Part shown: piece after piece, positions 1 to 8,977 of the stretch
Layout of the letters: each line of letters starts with the position of its first letter
How positions within the stretch are numbered: the first letter of the stretch is position 1
Source: Vicinamibacterales bacterium
GTDB lineage: Bacteria > Acidobacteriota > Vicinamibacteria > Vicinamibacterales > UBA8438
Direction of reading: 5' to 3'
Assembly: GCA_965208535.1 (NCBI GenBank)
Contig: CBDBOU010000002.1
Coordinates: 2,179,701 to 2,243,700, forward strand
Length of the DNA: 64,000 nt
Position numbers and translations under genes: made by a program
The notes under the pieces: generated by a model
Told to the model about the DNA's origin: nothing
The model's input: the letters and a program-made list of their open reading frames with translations, nothing else
Database searches by the model: none

Positions 1-1984
1 TCTCGGGCTCGAGCAGGTCCAGGCTGCGTCCGGGCACCTCGAGCAGCAGGCTGCTGATCGCCTTGAAGTTCTCCGCATAGCCGGCGAACAGATCCAGACC
101 CTCAACCGGCGTCTCGTAGGTCACGCCGCCGGAGAAGAGCAGGTCCGAATCCGAATCGACCTCCAGGTCCGGATCGACACTGAACAGGTCCTCGCGCGAC
201 ACGCCGACCAGGTACTGCTTGACGCCGCCGCTCAGCGCGAACGGCCCGGCGAAGATCGTCTCCTCCACGTACCACTTGAAGACGTGCTGCGGGAACTGCC
301 AGTCGTACTGCTGCCAATAGGGCTGCTCGTTCCAGTTGAAGCTGAGCGTCGGGTCCAGAATCTGGTGCCAGTCGCGGCCCAGGTCCCGCCGCGTGTTCTC
401 GTACCAGATGCCGGCGCGCAACGTGCTGCCCGCGGTGCCAATGGGGGAGAACCACTCCTCGTCGAGCGTCACGCCGGCGCGGTCCTTGCCGTAGTGGCTG
501 TGGCGGTAGGACTGTACCGCGGTCGCGCCGGGGTGGCACGCCGGGTCGACCGCCGGGCCGCCCGAGCCGTAGTAGTTGAAGATGTAGGACGACGTGCATC
601 CGGGCATCGGCCCGACGGTAGCCCCGTCCGGGTTCACGAAACGGATCAGCCCGAGCTGCGAGCCGCCCAGGACGGGTGTTCCGCCCATCAGCTCCGATTC
701 CGGGCCGCCGCCGTCGTCGGTGACGTCGGCGATGTAGGGCGGCAGCCAGTCGCCGCGGCCCCGGTTGCGGTGGAAATAGCCGCCCAGGCTCAGCGAGGTT
801 ACGTCGCTCAGCGACCAGTCCGCCTTCAGGTAGCCGAACGTGTTGTTCCGCCGCGTCTGCCAGCCCGGCCGGTAGAACTGGTTCAGGTACGGCACGCCGG
901 GCCACTCGCCGACCAGGCGGTCCCAGCGCGGGTTGGCCCGGAAGTCGGCATCGCCGTAGAGCCGCTGGTAGACGTCTTCGTGAATGCTGTCGTACGAGAG
1001 GTAGCTGGTGAGATCGAGGCGTCCGTGCGACGAGACGAGCTTGGCGGCGATGTGCTCCCGCTCGTTCCGTGCCGAGCCCTCCACCCAGTCGGTCGCCTCC
1101 TGCCGGACGGCGGCGATCCAGGCGCGGGTGTCTCGGCCGAACAGCGGCCCGGTGTCGACCCGCATGGAGAACCGCTGCCCCTCGTTCTCGCCGAGCGTGG
1201 ACGACGCGGTGTAGGTCCGTTCCGCCGCCGGATCGTCGGTCCGGTAGTCGAACGTGCCGCCCAGCGCCTCGACCGAGCGTGAGGCGATGTCGGCCGTCCC
1301 CTGCGAGACCTCGACGCCGCCGAGGTTCATCGGGTCGATGAACCGGTTCGCCTTCGAGCCGCTCCAGTAGTCGGACGTGCCGTTCGGGAAGCCGTCGATG
1401 GTCGTGCCGATCTGCGCCTCGTTGATCGTCACCTGGAAGCCGCGCACGGCGACGTTGCTCGACCAGTCGTCGAAGCCGTACGCGTCCCCCTCCTGCACGG
1501 ACACCCCGGGGAGGTTGTCCACCACCGACGTGACTGCGGTGATGTTCGACTGCTGCATCATCATCGGTTCGGCGACGACGTTGCGCGCGAAGATGCGAGG
1601 CTCCTCGGCGACGACGCTGACCGTTTCGAGCAGTCGCGCGATCTGCAGCGTGATCGGGACCGAAGCGGTGGCGCCGGCCTGGACGGCGACTGACGTCTCC
1701 ACCGTCTCGAAACCCGGCAGCACGGCAGTGACGACATAGTCAGCCGCCGCCAGTCCGCCGGCCGTGTAGCTTCCATCGGCGTCGGTCACGTGTTCCTGGC
1801 GCACGCCGGGACCCGTCACCGTCACCACGACACCGGGCAACGCGTTGCCGTTCGCGTCGACGACCGAGCCTTCGATCGTGGCTACTGACTGGGCAAACGC
1901 CGTTGCGGCAACCAACGACGCCAACAGCACCGCCGCGATGCCAAATCGTGTCGAAGTACTGAAGGGCGATGTCGTGGTCGTCAT
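1..1984 (-). CDS. TonB-dependent outer-membrane receptor with N-terminal carboxypeptidase-regulatory-like domain (partial; C-terminus lies beyond the window edge)
   Basis: Frame is open from the ATG at 1984-1982 to position 1. It is absent from the ORF track because it is unterminated. My translation gives MTTTTTSPFSTSTRFGIAAVLLASLVAATAFAQS (signal peptide), then VATIEGSVVDANGNALPGVVVTVTGPG..DADGSY (CarboxypepD_reg-like), then NITAVTSVVDNLPGVSVQEG (plug-like), then beta-barrel-like Tyr/Gly-rich sequence. Confidence 0.85.
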   Translation of the reverse strand, partial: MTTTTSPFSTSTRFGIAAVLLASLVAATAFAQSVATIEGSVVDANGNALPGVVVTVTGPGVRQEHVTDADGSYTAGGLAAADYVVTAVLPGFETVETSVAVQAGATASVPITLQIARLLETVSVVAEEPRIFARNVVAEPMMMQQSNITAVTSVVDNLPGVSVQEGDAYGFDDWSSNVAVRGFQVTINEAQIGTTIDGFPNGTSDYWSGSKANRFIDPMNLGGVEVSQGTADIASRSVEALGGTFDYRTDDPAAERTYTASSTLGENEGQRFSMRVDTGPLFGRDTRAWIAAVRQEATDWVEGSARNEREHIAAKLVSSHGRLDLTSYLSYDSIHEDVYQRLYGDADFRANPRWDRLVGEWPGVPYLNQFYRPGWQTRRNNTFGYLKADWSLSDVTSLSLGGYFHRNRGRGDWLPPYIADVTDDGGGPESELMGGTPVLGGSQLGLIRFVNPDGATVGPMPGCTSSYIFNYYGSGGPAVDPACHPGATAVQSYRHSHYGKDRAGVTLDEEWFSPIGTAGSTLRAGIWYENTRRDLGRDWHQILDPTLSFNWNEQPYWQQYDWQFPQHVFKWYVEETIFAGPFALSGGVKQYLVGVSREDLFSVDPDLEVDSDSDLLFSGGVTYETPVEGLDLFAGYAENFKAISSLLLEVPGRSLDLLEPE

Positions 1985-2475
1985 GGGCGGTCTCTGAGGT
2001 GGTCCCGGTCGTTTGGACCATTCGAGGGCTTCGATAAGGTGTATTCCGGTTGCGAAACCACGCCCTCGTCGTCTGTGTGGTACCTGATCATAGATGATGA
2101 TGCGGTCTCATGAGTGAGTCCGCGAAGCGCGGCGGCGAGCCCCGGGAGGGGGTCCGGGGGAGGGGACGAGAGCGCCGCGGCGACTGGCGCACGAAGCACC
2201 TGCGGGCCTGCCTGCTCTGCGGCCGGGTGTGGCGTCGTCGACGACGCCGGACCTGTCCCGTCTGCCACGTCGACCGCTCGATCTGCCTGACGTGCGATCA
2301 GGTGGCCGTCGAGGATCGCGCGCGGCGCTGCGCCACAGACGAGGCGTTGCGCCGCTTGGTCAAGGCCTACGCCGGCGACTGGGAGTGGGCGCGCCGAGCG
2401 CTCGATGCGGCCGACGGCGATATACCCCGTGCCCTCTCGCGCGCCGAGCGGACCGGACCCGCACAAGGATGAACG

Positions 2476-2643
2476 ATGGTCACGCCCGCGCAACGCGCAG
2501 AGATCCGGCGCCTGTTCTACGGCGAGGGCCGGGAGCTCGAGACCATCGCGGCCCAGATCGGCCTCCACCATGAGACGGTCCGCGCCGCGGTCGAACACGC
2601 GTCTGGCCACTGGCATGTTCACGCCGCCCGCTCCTCGCCGTAG
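2476..2643 (+). pseudogene. IS21-family IstA N-terminal HTH stump
   Basis: A 55-codon ORF, MVTPAQRAEIRRLFYGEGRELETIAAQIGLHHETVRAAVEH.., resembles the N-terminal helix-turn-helix of IS21 IstA proteins. The resemblance stops near 2600, where the IS3-family element begins. No IstA catalytic part and no IstB are visible downstream. Confidence 0.4.
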
Positions 2644-3488
2644 GCCTCGGCCGGCGTGCGACCTCCGAGTGCCGAGTGCGGACGTACGTCGCTGTAGAAC
2701 GTCATCCACGCCCCGATCACCCGCTCGGCCGCGAACCCGTCGGTCAACTCGTGCAGATACACCGCTTCGTACTTCAGCGACCGCCACAGCCGCTCGATGA
2801 AGACGTTGTCCAGGCAACGCCCCCGGCCATCCATCGAGCATTGCGCGCCCGCCGCCAGCACCCGCTCGGTGAACGCCGCGCTGGTAAACTGCGCTCCCTG
2901 ATCGGTGTTGAAGATCTCCGGCGTGCCCGTCCCAAGCGCTGCTTCCAGCGCCTCGATGCAGAAGCCGGTGTCCATCGTGTTCGACAACCGCCAGGCCAGC
3001 ACGTGACGGCTGGCCCAGTCCATGATCGCGACCAGGTACAGGAAACCCGCCGACACCGGAATGTAGGTGATGTCGGCGCACCAAACGTGGTCCGGGCGGT
3101 CGATCGTCAGGTCGCGAAGCAGGTACGGATAGATGCGGTGCCCCGGTTGCGGGCTGCTCGTGCGCGGCTTGCGGTAGAGCGCTTCCAGACCCATCAGGCG
3201 CATCAGCCGGCGGACCCGGTGCCGTCCCACAGCCACGCCCTCGCGCTGCAGGTGACGCGTCATCTGCCGGCTCCCGTAGAACGGGTACTGCAACGACAAT
3301 TCGTCCATCCGCCGCATCAACGCCAGGTTCTCCGCGCTCTCTCCCCGCGGCGTGTAGTAGACCGACGAGCGGCTGAGGCCCAACAGCGCGCACTGGCGCC
3401 GGATGCTCAACGCCCCGTCGCGCTCGACCAGCTCCAGGCGTGCGGCGCGGCTCAGCGTTGCAAGCCGCGCAGAAGAAAATCCCGCTCC
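2619..3488 (-). CDS. IS3-family transposase OrfB (rve/DDE integrase core), expressed by -1 frameshift from OrfA
   Basis: DDE-type motifs are present: HVWCADITYIPVSAGFLYLVAIMDWASRHVLAWRLS, NTDQGAQFTS and CLDNVFIERLWRSLKYE. The frame is -1 relative to orfA. The overlap zone GGATTTTCTTCTGC (about 3470-3488) lacks a canonical A6G heptamer. Confidence 0.85.
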   Translation of the reverse strand, partial: GAGFSSARLATLSRAARLELVERDGALSIRRQCALLGLSRSSVYYTPRGESAENLALMRRMDELSLQYPFYGSRQMTRHLQREGVAVGRHRVRRLMRLMGLEALYRKPRTSSPQPGHRIYPYLLRDLTIDRPDHVWCADITYIPVSAGFLYLVAIMDWASRHVLAWRLSNTMDTGFCIEALEAALGTGTPEIFNTDQGAQFTSAAFTERVLAAGAQCSMDGRGRCLDNVFIERLWRSLKYEAVYLHELTDGFAAERVIGAWMTFYSDVRPHSALGGRTPAEAYGEERAA

Positions 3489-3739
3489 ACCGTCAGTTCG
3501 CCGATCTTCGCGTGCAAGTCCCGCAGCGTCGCCTCGTGGTCCGATTCCCGCGATGCTCTGCCACCGGCGAAGACGTCCTCCAACCCCTCGATCGCCTGGC
3601 GCTTCCACGCGCCCACCTGGTTCGGATGCACCTCGTGCTTCGCCGCAATGGCCTGCACGGTGCGGTCTCCCCGCAGCGCCTCGAGCGCCACCCGCTTCTT
3701 GAAGTTCGCCGTGTACTGGCGTCGCCGTTTCGTCGTCAT
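3452..3739 (-). CDS. IS3-family transposase OrfA (HTH)
   Basis: MTTKRRRQYTANFKKRVALEALRGDRTVQAIAAKHEVHPNQVGAWKRQ.. is a typical IS3/IS911-type OrfA with a coiled-coil-like C-terminus. Confidence 0.85.
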   Translation of the reverse strand: MTTKRRRQYTANFKKRVALEALRGDRTVQAIAAKHEVHPNQVGAWKRQAIEGLEDVFAGGRASRESDHEATLRDLHAKIGELTVERDFLLRGLQR

Positions 3740-5405
3740 TCCAGTGCCTCCTGGAGGTTCTGGAATACACCTTACGCAGTGGTCCGAAAAAGCGGGACCA
3801 CCTCACTCCTCCAGCGAGTGTCTCACTCTTGTCGCAATCCTGTCCGAGGCGGGGCCGTCGCGAGTTCCATCATTGCTCCGACTGGTGCTTCGACCTCATG
3901 AGCACATCCGGTCGGGCAGGACGACGCCAGTCGGCGAGATGCTGGCGACGGCCGCGAAGCGTCGAACACCCGGGCGGACTCCGCTCGTCCTTCGGTGCTG
4001 AGAGACTGCTTCACCCCGGCGGCAACTAGAGGGGATGGCTGGTCACGCGTGCCTCCCAGGCAGCCGCGGGGCCGAGAAGACCCCAAGAGACTTTCGAGAC
4101 GTCCGTCGGAGGCCTGGCCAAACCGTGATTCGATCAGATTCGACATCCGTAGGTGCAACCAGTGCTCGACCGGCCCCGTGCTGGGTGTGCAGATCACACA
4201 AAGACTCTCACAAGCATGTGATAACTGGATGTCAAGAAAGATGACGTCATGTGTTAATTGCATGATCGGGCGGATCTCGCAGGGCGGGGTGCGCGCGGCA
4301 CGTCGTTCGCGGAAGGCTCGGAAGGCAGGACCAGGCGCGCGCGGTTCGTGTCTCGGGGCCGGTCTACCAACCTCACGAAGACACCCGGTCGAACGCAGGA
4401 GCGCTGTTGCGATGCCGGCGTCGCCGTTCGGCAGCCGAGGACGGGCCGGCGGCTTCCGCTGCCGCAAACGTCCGGTCCTGAACGGATCGCGAGGTCGAGC
4501 CGAAGGTCTCGCACGTGTAGAGGGCTGAAGATCCCGCCCAGGTTGCTGACGAGCTCGTTTTCTATCGACGCCGGTTATCCGGTATTCGTCGGCGTTGTAG
4601 GGCGAGCAGCGATCCTCCGAGGCGATGGCGAGTCCTCGCCAGGTGTGCTGGTGGACTAGTCCGCAGGCGGCGCCCCAGGACCGCGACCAGAACGATTCGA
4701 CGATGGCCCCCATCGAGTCACGTCTCCCGCTACGCCCAGTAGCGCCGACGATAGGCCGCGTTGCGAAGAGTTGCACGGGCTGCGCATTCGACGCACCCCG
4801 GCCGCGGCCGCCGGCGCCCGCACCTGGCGCACAGGCCGCGGCGCTTCCGTTCGTCGCGAGTCATCCGGATCCCCGCGTTGCGGAGCTTGGCGCAGCCGTC
4901 GCACAGGGAGCCGTCCGCGGGCGCGACGCACTCGGTACAGACCTTCGCGGCGCGCCGATGGTGGTAGGTCGCCGCCTTGACCGTGGCGTCCAGGTCGCCG
5001 CGCGGTGTTTCGTGTTGCCGGCTGGCTCTCTGGAGCATCCGCCGTGGACCGTGGGCGGACGGCCTGCCTGCCTTGAAGCTGTCGAAGCGAGCGAGGGAGC
5101 TGTATGACCGCGTTGGAACGGCGGTTGACGAGAGCCTGTCGGGAGTTGCCCGCGCAGCACGAGCGGGCGCGGACGCAGCACGCCGAGCAGGTCGCGGCCT
5201 TGTAAGGGCAGGTCGAGCACTTCGCCGGGCAGGTGACGCGCTTGATGGCGGACTGCAGGAGGCTCGTCGAGAGGTTGCGCGGGGCCCTGGAGCTGATGCA
5301 CCAGCACGGCCGGCGGCGCGTACCGGAGCGGGACCACGGCCCGAGCCGCCAACCGCCCGCGGTCTGCGTCGTACACTGGCCACCGGTTTACCAGGAGTTC
5401 ACATC

Positions 5406-6509
5406 ATGATCGACGCATTCCCCCACCCCAGACACGGGACGGTTCGCCCAAGCTTGAGTCGGCGCACGTTCCTCGGCTGCGCCGCAGGTCTCGGCGTCGC
5501 CGCGACGACGGCCTCGGCCCAGGACAACACGCTGTACCTGCTCACCTTGGAAGAGCACTTCGCGACGCCCGAGCTTCAACGGCTCAACCGTGTGCGGGAC
5601 GAGCGCCTCTTCTCGGGAGGCGGCCGGCGGCCCGAGCTCCTCGACGTGGGTGCCGGACGGGTCGCGGACATGGATCAGGCGGGCATCGGCATGCAGGTGC
5701 TGTCGGCCGTGACGCCCGGCGCCCAGAACCTGCCCGGAGCCGAAGGCGTGGCGTTCGCGCGCAACCTCAATTCCTGGGTCGCCAACGAGGTCATTCCGGT
5801 CTATCCCGATCGCTTCCGCGCCTTCGCCACGCTGCCGCTGAGCCAGCCGCAGGCGGCGGCCGACGAACTCGAGCGTGCGGTGCGCGAGCATGGCTTCGTG
5901 GGCTGCATGAGCTATGGCGCGATCGACGGGAAGTACCTCGACCACGTCGACTTCGCGCCGGTGCTCGGCCGGGCTGAAGCGCTCGGCGTGCCCATCTACA
6001 TACACCCGAACTGGGCTTCGCCGCAGGCCATGGATGTCTTCTACGACGGGCTCGGCGACGAGGTGTTGAGCCGGATCATCGGCGGTCCGGGCTATGGCTG
6101 GCATCAGGAAGTCGCGCTTCAGTGTCTGCGGATGATCGCCAGCGGCGTCTTCGACAAGTTCCCCAACCTCCAGATCGTCGTCGGCCACATGGGCGAAGGG
6201 CTTCCCTTCTACTATCGGCGATTCGGCGAGGATCTCGCTCGCATTACCCGGAGTAGGTTGCACAAGCCCGTGCAGCAGTACTTCCACGACAACTTGTGGA
6301 TCACGACCAGCGCATTCTTCCGGGACGAGCTGCTGACGCTGGCTCTGTCGGCCATGGGCGAGGACCGGGTCATGTTCTCGGTCGACTATCCGATGGCGAG
6401 CGGCCAGCGGGGCGCCGACTGGTTCCGGGCGCTTGAGCTGTCGCAGGCCACCAAGGAGAAGATCGCCCACAAGAACGCAGAGAGGCTTCTCGGGATCGGC
6501 CCATCTTGA
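5406..6509 (+). CDS. Amidohydrolase-2 family (ACMSD-like metal-dependent hydrolase/decarboxylase) with Tat-type signal
   Basis: The ATG at 5406 is in frame with track ORF 4977..6509. The N-terminus has RRTFLGCAAGLGVAATTASA. The body (EEHFATPE.., GIGMQVLS, FATLPL, VPIYIHP, VVGHMGEGLPF, VMFSVDYPM) fits the amidohydrolase_2 fold. Confidence 0.85.
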   Translation: MIDAFPHPRHGTVRPSLSRRTFLGCAAGLGVAATTASAQDNTLYLLTLEEHFATPELQRLNRVRDERLFSGGGRRPELLDVGAGRVADMDQAGIGMQVLSAVTPGAQNLPGAEGVAFARNLNSWVANEVIPVYPDRFRAFATLPLSQPQAAADELERAVREHGFVGCMSYGAIDGKYLDHVDFAPVLGRAEALGVPIYIHPNWASPQAMDVFYDGLGDEVLSRIIGGPGYGWHQEVALQCLRMIASGVFDKFPNLQIVVGHMGEGLPFYYRRFGEDLARITRSRLHKPVQQYFHDNLWITTSAFFRDELLTLALSAMGEDRVMFSVDYPMASGQRGADWFRALELSQATKEKIAHKNAERLLGIGPS

Positions 6510-6538
6510 GGGAACGCGACGAAATGATGAATCGGCGT

Positions 6539-7215
6539 TCACCCTGGCGCCGCGTCGCGACGCGGTACATCACCCGGCTGACACACTGCTCGCGCCGGCT
6601 GGGGGCAGTTTATGGCCGTCCGTTCGGCAGCGCATCCCCCCACCCGGCACGCCGGCACCGTTCCAGTCATCCCGGTTCCGCACGACGGACCACCTGTGGA
6701 CTGTCCCGGCGACGCGGATGAAGGCGAACGGCGGGCAGCCGTTCCTCGCGGTCCGGCGATCACGGTCCTGTGTCCGCGGCGCACAGGCATCCGCCTGCCC
6801 TTGGTTGTCAAGCACGCCCAGACCGCCATCGGGGTGCCGACGGATTCGCGACCGTGGTGCTGCCAAGCGTCGATGATGCTGTCGTAGTGGCGCAGTGCGT
6901 CGATTGTGTCAGGGTCGGTGCTGTTCGTCAGGCCCGGCCTGTCCATCTGCCTCGACCATCTCGCCGACGACCGTCACGATGCCCTCGATGGCGGAACTGG
7001 CCTGCGCTTCGATCAGCGCGGCCGTTTGGGACAACGCGTAGGGATCAGCGAGCCTGGTGGTTGCGTTGCGCAGGGTCTCGAGTGCCGCGGTCGCGAGCTG
7101 GCAGGCCTCTCGACCGCGCGCGTCGTCAGACTGCTCGCCGGGAACCGGCGCCAGGTTGTTGTAGGCGAACAGCCGATGCCAGGGCGGGTAACGGCTCGGT
7201 GCGGGGTGCTCGCCG
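6539..7215 (-). pseudogene. Fic-family protein remnant (frameshifted, truncated before the Fic core motif)
   Basis: A minus frame not in the track reads ..YPPWHRLFAYNNLAPVPGEQ...ALETLRNATTRLADPYALSQTAALIEAQASSAIEGIVTVVGEMVEADGQ, the Fic_N hallmark EAxxSSxIEG, and stops at 6911-6909. It continues in another frame (track ORF 6539..6946) as TDPDTIDALRHYDSIIDAWQ. No HxFxxGNGR motif was found. Confidence 0.5.
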
Positions 7216-7492
7216 ATGTCGTGTCTGGTGCTGGCGGTGGTCGTGGCATGTGGTGGTCTGCGCCTGGGCGCCTGCGGAACTGGCGTTGGAATCTGGCTGT
7301 CCGGGTGGATCTTGAAGACGGTGTACCGGCCGTTGACGGCGGCCGAGCGCTCGCTTGGCGGGCGGGGCGGATTTGCGCCGATCGTGCACCGATGCTGACC
7401 TACCGATCGCGGAGCGATGCGGACCGTTCATCCTCTGTTCACCACTGGTGAACCACTCTGCCGGCTCCGCCGGATCCAGCCTTCCCGCAGGG

Positions 7493-7535
7493 AAAAATCT
7501 CAGGTGAGCGACGCCGGAACCGGGGTCGCTCACCC
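7493..7535 (-). terminator. Intrinsic-terminator-like hairpin on the minus strand
   Basis: GGTGAGCGAC (7503-7512) and GTCGCTCACC (7525-7534) form a 10-bp perfect stem. On the minus strand the stem is followed by TGAGATTTTTCC (7502-7491). There is no T-run on the plus-strand side. Confidence 0.45.
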
Positions 7536-8012
7536 CTCTGGATCTCTGATCTCTGTACGTCTGCACGACAGTGCCCTCTTCGGGTGAACGTACGGTGAAA
7601 CGTTGCACTGTTTTCGCGTTTTTGTTCAGGGCTCTTCGGAGCGGTCGGTGAGGACGTCCTCTCGGCGCGTGTCCGTTCGGCTGCATTCGCTTGCAAGTCG
7701 CGTTCTTGCAGTCATTTGGCGTGTGCCTGCCGGGCGTGTGCGGTCTTCGGTTCCGTAGGCTTGACGCTGATGCGAGGGGCTTTTTCGGGTAGCTGGCGGG
7801 GTTACCGGGGCCGCGGGGGTTCCATCGGCACGCGTTTACCAATTGCCCGTTCGGGCTCCGGGCGTTTCCGGGACCGGGTCAGGCCTGGTGGACCCACGAA
7901 CGAACGCGATCTTGACCCCAGTCGAAACGGCGATCGGACTGGCCGGCTGCTGAATTTTCCTGAACGTTGCACCCGTGGTGCATGGTTTTCGAAGATTCGG
8001 GCCGATCTCGTT

Positions 8013-8135
8013 GGGTGATCCGCTTCGTAGCGGAGTGCATGGGGGGCCATGCAGATGAAGCGCGTGGTCGGGTCGGGTGATCCGCTCGGTAGCGTAGTTC
8101 AGGGGGTTGTTTCATGCGGATGAAACGCGTGGTCG
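8013..8135 (+). repeat. Tandem ~62-bp duplication covering the upstream motif and first codons of the RHH gene
   Basis: Copy A (8013-8074) is GGGTGATCCGCTTCGTAGCGGAGTGCATGGGGGGCCATGCAGATGAAGCGCGTGGTCG. Copy B (8075-8135) is GGGTGATCCGCTCGGTAGCGTAGTTCAGGGGGTTGTTTCATGCGGATGAAACGCGTGGTCG. Only copy B continues into a long ORF. Confidence 0.8.
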
Positions 8136-8596
8136 CGTTCCTGCCGATGGCGGCCGTCAAGGCTTGCGATGACCTTGCCGCCCGGTACGGCTCGAACCGT
8201 TCCGAGGTCTTTCGTCTCGCGATAGCCGAAGGCATGCCGGCTGCTGTCCAGGCTCTGGAGAAGCTCCGGGAGATCCGGATGGTCGAGGCGCTCGGCGCCG
8301 GCGCTTCGCGCTCGTGGCGTATCCGGGGGATGCAGAAGCGTCCCGGGCCGGGCCGCCCCCGCAGTGTCCTGGATCCGGATCGTGCCGTTGCGGTTCTCGT
8401 GGACTACGGCCGTGCGGTCCGTGGGGCTGACGCGGAACTGACCGAGGAGGACGTCGGTGCTACCTTGCGTGTTCATGCCCAGGTGATCGGCGTGGCGGCC
8501 GGTGACCTCGAGGACGTCGTCGTCGACGCGGTGTCGCGCCTGTTCGGCCGCCCGCAGATGCAACCGGTCGTGGACCCGTCGCAGCCGCCGGAGTAG
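8114..8596 (+). CDS. Ribbon-helix-helix (CopG/Arc-like) domain protein with long C-terminal extension
   Basis: The N-terminus KRVVAFLPMAAVKACDDLAARYGSNRSEVFRLAIAEGM has a beta-strand / helix / helix RHH pattern. The start could be 8114 or 8120. Confidence 0.6.
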   Translation: MRMKRVVAFLPMAAVKACDDLAARYGSNRSEVFRLAIAEGMPAAVQALEKLREIRMVEALGAGASRSWRIRGMQKRPGPGRPRSVLDPDRAVAVLVDYGRAVRGADAELTEEDVGATLRVHAQVIGVAAGDLEDVVVDAVSRLFGRPQMQPVVDPSQPPE

Positions 8597-8599
8597 AGG

Positions 8600-8977
8600 G
8601 TGATCCGCGAACGAGCGGAGTGGGGTGTTCCGATGCCGTTGCCGCCGATCTGGGAACCGGATGCCGAGCCGCTGGACCGGACCGTGAAGCTCAGGCTGTC
8701 TGCGCGTCAGCTCGAGCATCTCAACCTGGCGGTGAAGGAGTTCGGGATGTCGCGCTCCTGGGTGCTGCGCGAATCGCTCGCGCTGGGTTTCCCGCTGTTC
8801 GTCGACAAGGTCCGCCAGCGGCGGCGTGCGGGCCTGGTGCCGCGTGGGGAGTATCAGAACCCGAAGGCGGTGGGTCCGCGGCGCGGGCCGCGGTCGGACG
8901 GCACGCGTGCGGACCGCTGGGTGAATGCGCCCAAGGCGCGCGAGCCTCGGTCGCTGCGGGGAAAGCGCGGGAAGTGA
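8600..8977 (+). CDS. Ribbon-helix-helix domain protein with basic C-terminal tail
   Basis: RTVKLRLSARQLEHLNLAVKEFGMSRSWVLRESLALGF fits an RHH pattern. The start is GTG at 8600 or ATG at 8633, the latter with GGAG 12 nt upstream. Confidence 0.55.
   Translation: MIRERAEWGVPMPLPPIWEPDAEPLDRTVKLRLSARQLEHLNLAVKEFGMSRSWVLRESLALGFPLFVDKVRQRRRAGLVPRGEYQNPKAVGPRRGPRSDGTRADRWVNAPKAREPRSLRGKRGK

Larger units (their letters stand above)
2571..3805 (-). mobile_element. IS3-family insertion sequence, about 1.2 kb
   Basis: It carries overlapping orfA/orfB transposase frames. The minus-strand end reads TGAGGTGGTCCCGCTTTTTCGGACCAC (from 3805 downward). The plus strand at 2571 reads TGAGACGGTCC (9 of 11 terminal matches, TG..CA style), and GGCCACTG at 2604 resembles the internal GGACCACTG. 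The low-coordinate boundary is uncertain within 2571-2603. No clean target-site duplication was found. Confidence 0.75.

Noticed and set aside
2110-2472. Cys-rich ORFs with CxxC pairs: 2110..2472 plus strand and the C-terminal ~100 codons of 4730..5383 minus strand (KVCTECV..CDGCAKL..LCARCG..GCVECAA).
   Set aside because: They could be small zinc-finger proteins. However, the composition is Arg-rich, no RBS or family motif was recognised, and they lie in IS-disrupted DNA. Support is insufficient.
1981-3393. Very long ORFs in alternative frames or strands that overlap recognised genes. Examples: 1981..3393, 2676..4001, 12257..13864, 12442..14733, 15810..17483, 16615..19275 outside the pnkp part, 19337..21253, 23125..25408, 34318..36693, 34886..37243, 37507..39996, 42577..45900, 42905..45595, 48389..50383, 54613..56040, and the N-terminal parts of 58936..62421 and 59050..62499.
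   Set aside because: Their translations are Arg/Pro/Ala/Gly-rich low-complexity sequences, typical of stop-poor shadow frames in high-GC DNA. Each overlaps a frame with clear family motifs.
4195-4260. An AT-rich patch with a perfect 10-bp palindrome, ATGACGTCAT (4241-4250), and a minus-strand TTGACA hexamer (4236-4231).
   Set aside because: No matching -10 element at proper spacing and no downstream gene were identified. It may be debris of a mobile element end.
4558-4719. A minus-strand peptide, DSMGAIVESFWSRSWGAACGLVHQHTWRGLAIASEDRCSPYNADEYRITG, that resembles the C-terminal ESFW..YN..R.HS.LG tail of rve-type transposases.
   Set aside because: There is only about 50 aa of weak, degenerate similarity with no upstream catalytic region. 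It might be an IS scrap, but it is too weak to call as a feature.
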